A stretch of DNA of 64,000 nucleotides from Alphaproteobacteria bacterium (GTDB lineage: Bacteria > Pseudomonadota > Alphaproteobacteria > UBA6615), in NCBI GenBank assembly GCA_965261585.1, contig CBDHDN010000029.1, forward strand, positions 15,193 to 79,192. Direction: 5' to 3'. Below the pieces are notes generated by a model. That model worked only from the letters and a program-made list of their open reading frames with translations. It searched no databases and was not told the origin of the DNA. This document shows, piece by piece, positions 63,467 to 64,000 of this stretch (position 1 is its first letter; each line of letters starts with the position of its first letter). The translations under genes and the position numbers were made by a program.

Positions 63467-64000
63467 TCAGACCACCCGTCGTTCGCGCAGCCTGTCGCGC
63501 AGCTGCCCGGCCCAGTAGGTGAGCTGGGCCGCCGCCGGGCCGACGATGCCGCCGTTCCAGGTCAGGCCGAACGGCGCGAACAGGCGGTAGCGGTCGTCGC
63601 CACCCGTGATCGCCGCGCCGATCAGGCGGCCGCCGACGGCCGTCGTGTTCAGGCCGTGGCCGCCGAACGCGGTGGCATACCAGACGCCGTCGGCGAGCCG
63701 CCCGATCTGCGGCATCCGGTGCCGGGCATAACCCATCAGGCCGGACCACGCGGCGTCGATCCGGACGTCGCCGAGCTGCGGGTAGACGCTCAGCATGTCG
63801 CGCCGCAGTACCGTGGCGAGCCGCCGCGGCGGCGTGCGCCGGGCGCTGATGCGGCCGCCCCACAGCAGCCGGTCGCCGTCGACGATGCGGTAGTAGTCGC
63901 TGGCCCGGCGGTCGTCCCACACGGCGGCGGGGGTGCGCACGGCCGTGGCCAGCCGCGCGCCCAGCGGTGCGGTCAGTATGACGTGGGTCGCGATCGGCAG
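63467..64000 (-). CDS. FAD-dependent (DAO-family) oxidoreductase, C-terminal part (gene runs off the right edge)
   Basis: ORF 63467..63940 stays open to the window end (LPIATHVILTAPLGARLATAVRTPAAVWDD...). The tail motif is YATAFGGHGLNTTAVGGRLIGAAITGGDDRY. Confidence 0.6.
   Translation of the reverse strand: MPIATHVILTAPLGARLATAVRTPAAVWDDRRASDYYRIVDGDRLLWGGRISARRTPPRRLATVLRRDMLSVYPQLGDVRIDAAWSGLMGYARHRMPQIGRLADGVWYATAFGGHGLNTTAVGGRLIGAAITGGDDRYRLFAPFGLTWNGGIVGPAAAQLTYWAGQLRDRLRERRVV

Overview
GC-rich, alphaproteobacterium-like chromosomal window, judged from a RegB/RegA pair and aerobic-type cob genes. I found no rRNA, tRNA or CRISPR array. (1) 1-17.2 kb is a cobalamin supercluster. cobI (partial), cobL, cobH and cbiX lie on the minus strand and cobD on plus. 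A long co-directional minus-strand array follows: cobS, cobC, a higBA toxin-antitoxin pair, a cobalamin riboswitch, cobU, cobW, cobN, cobO, a SYLF/Ysc84-like gene and cobQ. cobT is on plus. A 545-bp transposase-less cassette with perfect 40-bp inverted repeats and a 10-bp target duplication sits in the divergent cbiX/cobD region. (2) 17.2-19.1 kb is regB-regA. (3) 19.25-32.6 kb is an exopolysaccharide locus. It holds a degenerate EAL-like gene, an HprK-related kinase, a PqqD-like chaperone, an outer-membrane barrel, a Wza/GumB-like exporter, a chain-length/tyrosine-kinase co-polymerase, a priming transferase, a PPP phosphatase, an uncharacterised nucleotidyltransferase, a flippase and a GT4. 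Five single-base frameshifts break four of these genes. (4) 32.6-47.5 kb is a mobile-element graveyard. It contains a group II intron cutting the GT4 gene, IS3, IS630 and IS21 elements, an ISNCY-like IS, an IS110 fragment, HicB and RhuM fragments, and a broken orphan GspD-type secretin. (5) 48.3-58.1 kb holds ordinary genes (RlpA, DMFase-like, GDPD, OsmC, GFA, malate synthase G) plus a second ISNCY-like copy. (6) 58.4-64 kb holds an HU-like gene with IS1380 and IS630 stacked on its stop codon, then dinB, nested palindromic REP-like repeats and a partial FAD oxidoreductase. All functional calls come from reading translated ORFs against remembered family motifs, since no database search was possible. 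Coordinates of start codons, IS ends and frameshift sites were checked by hand against the numbered sequence.
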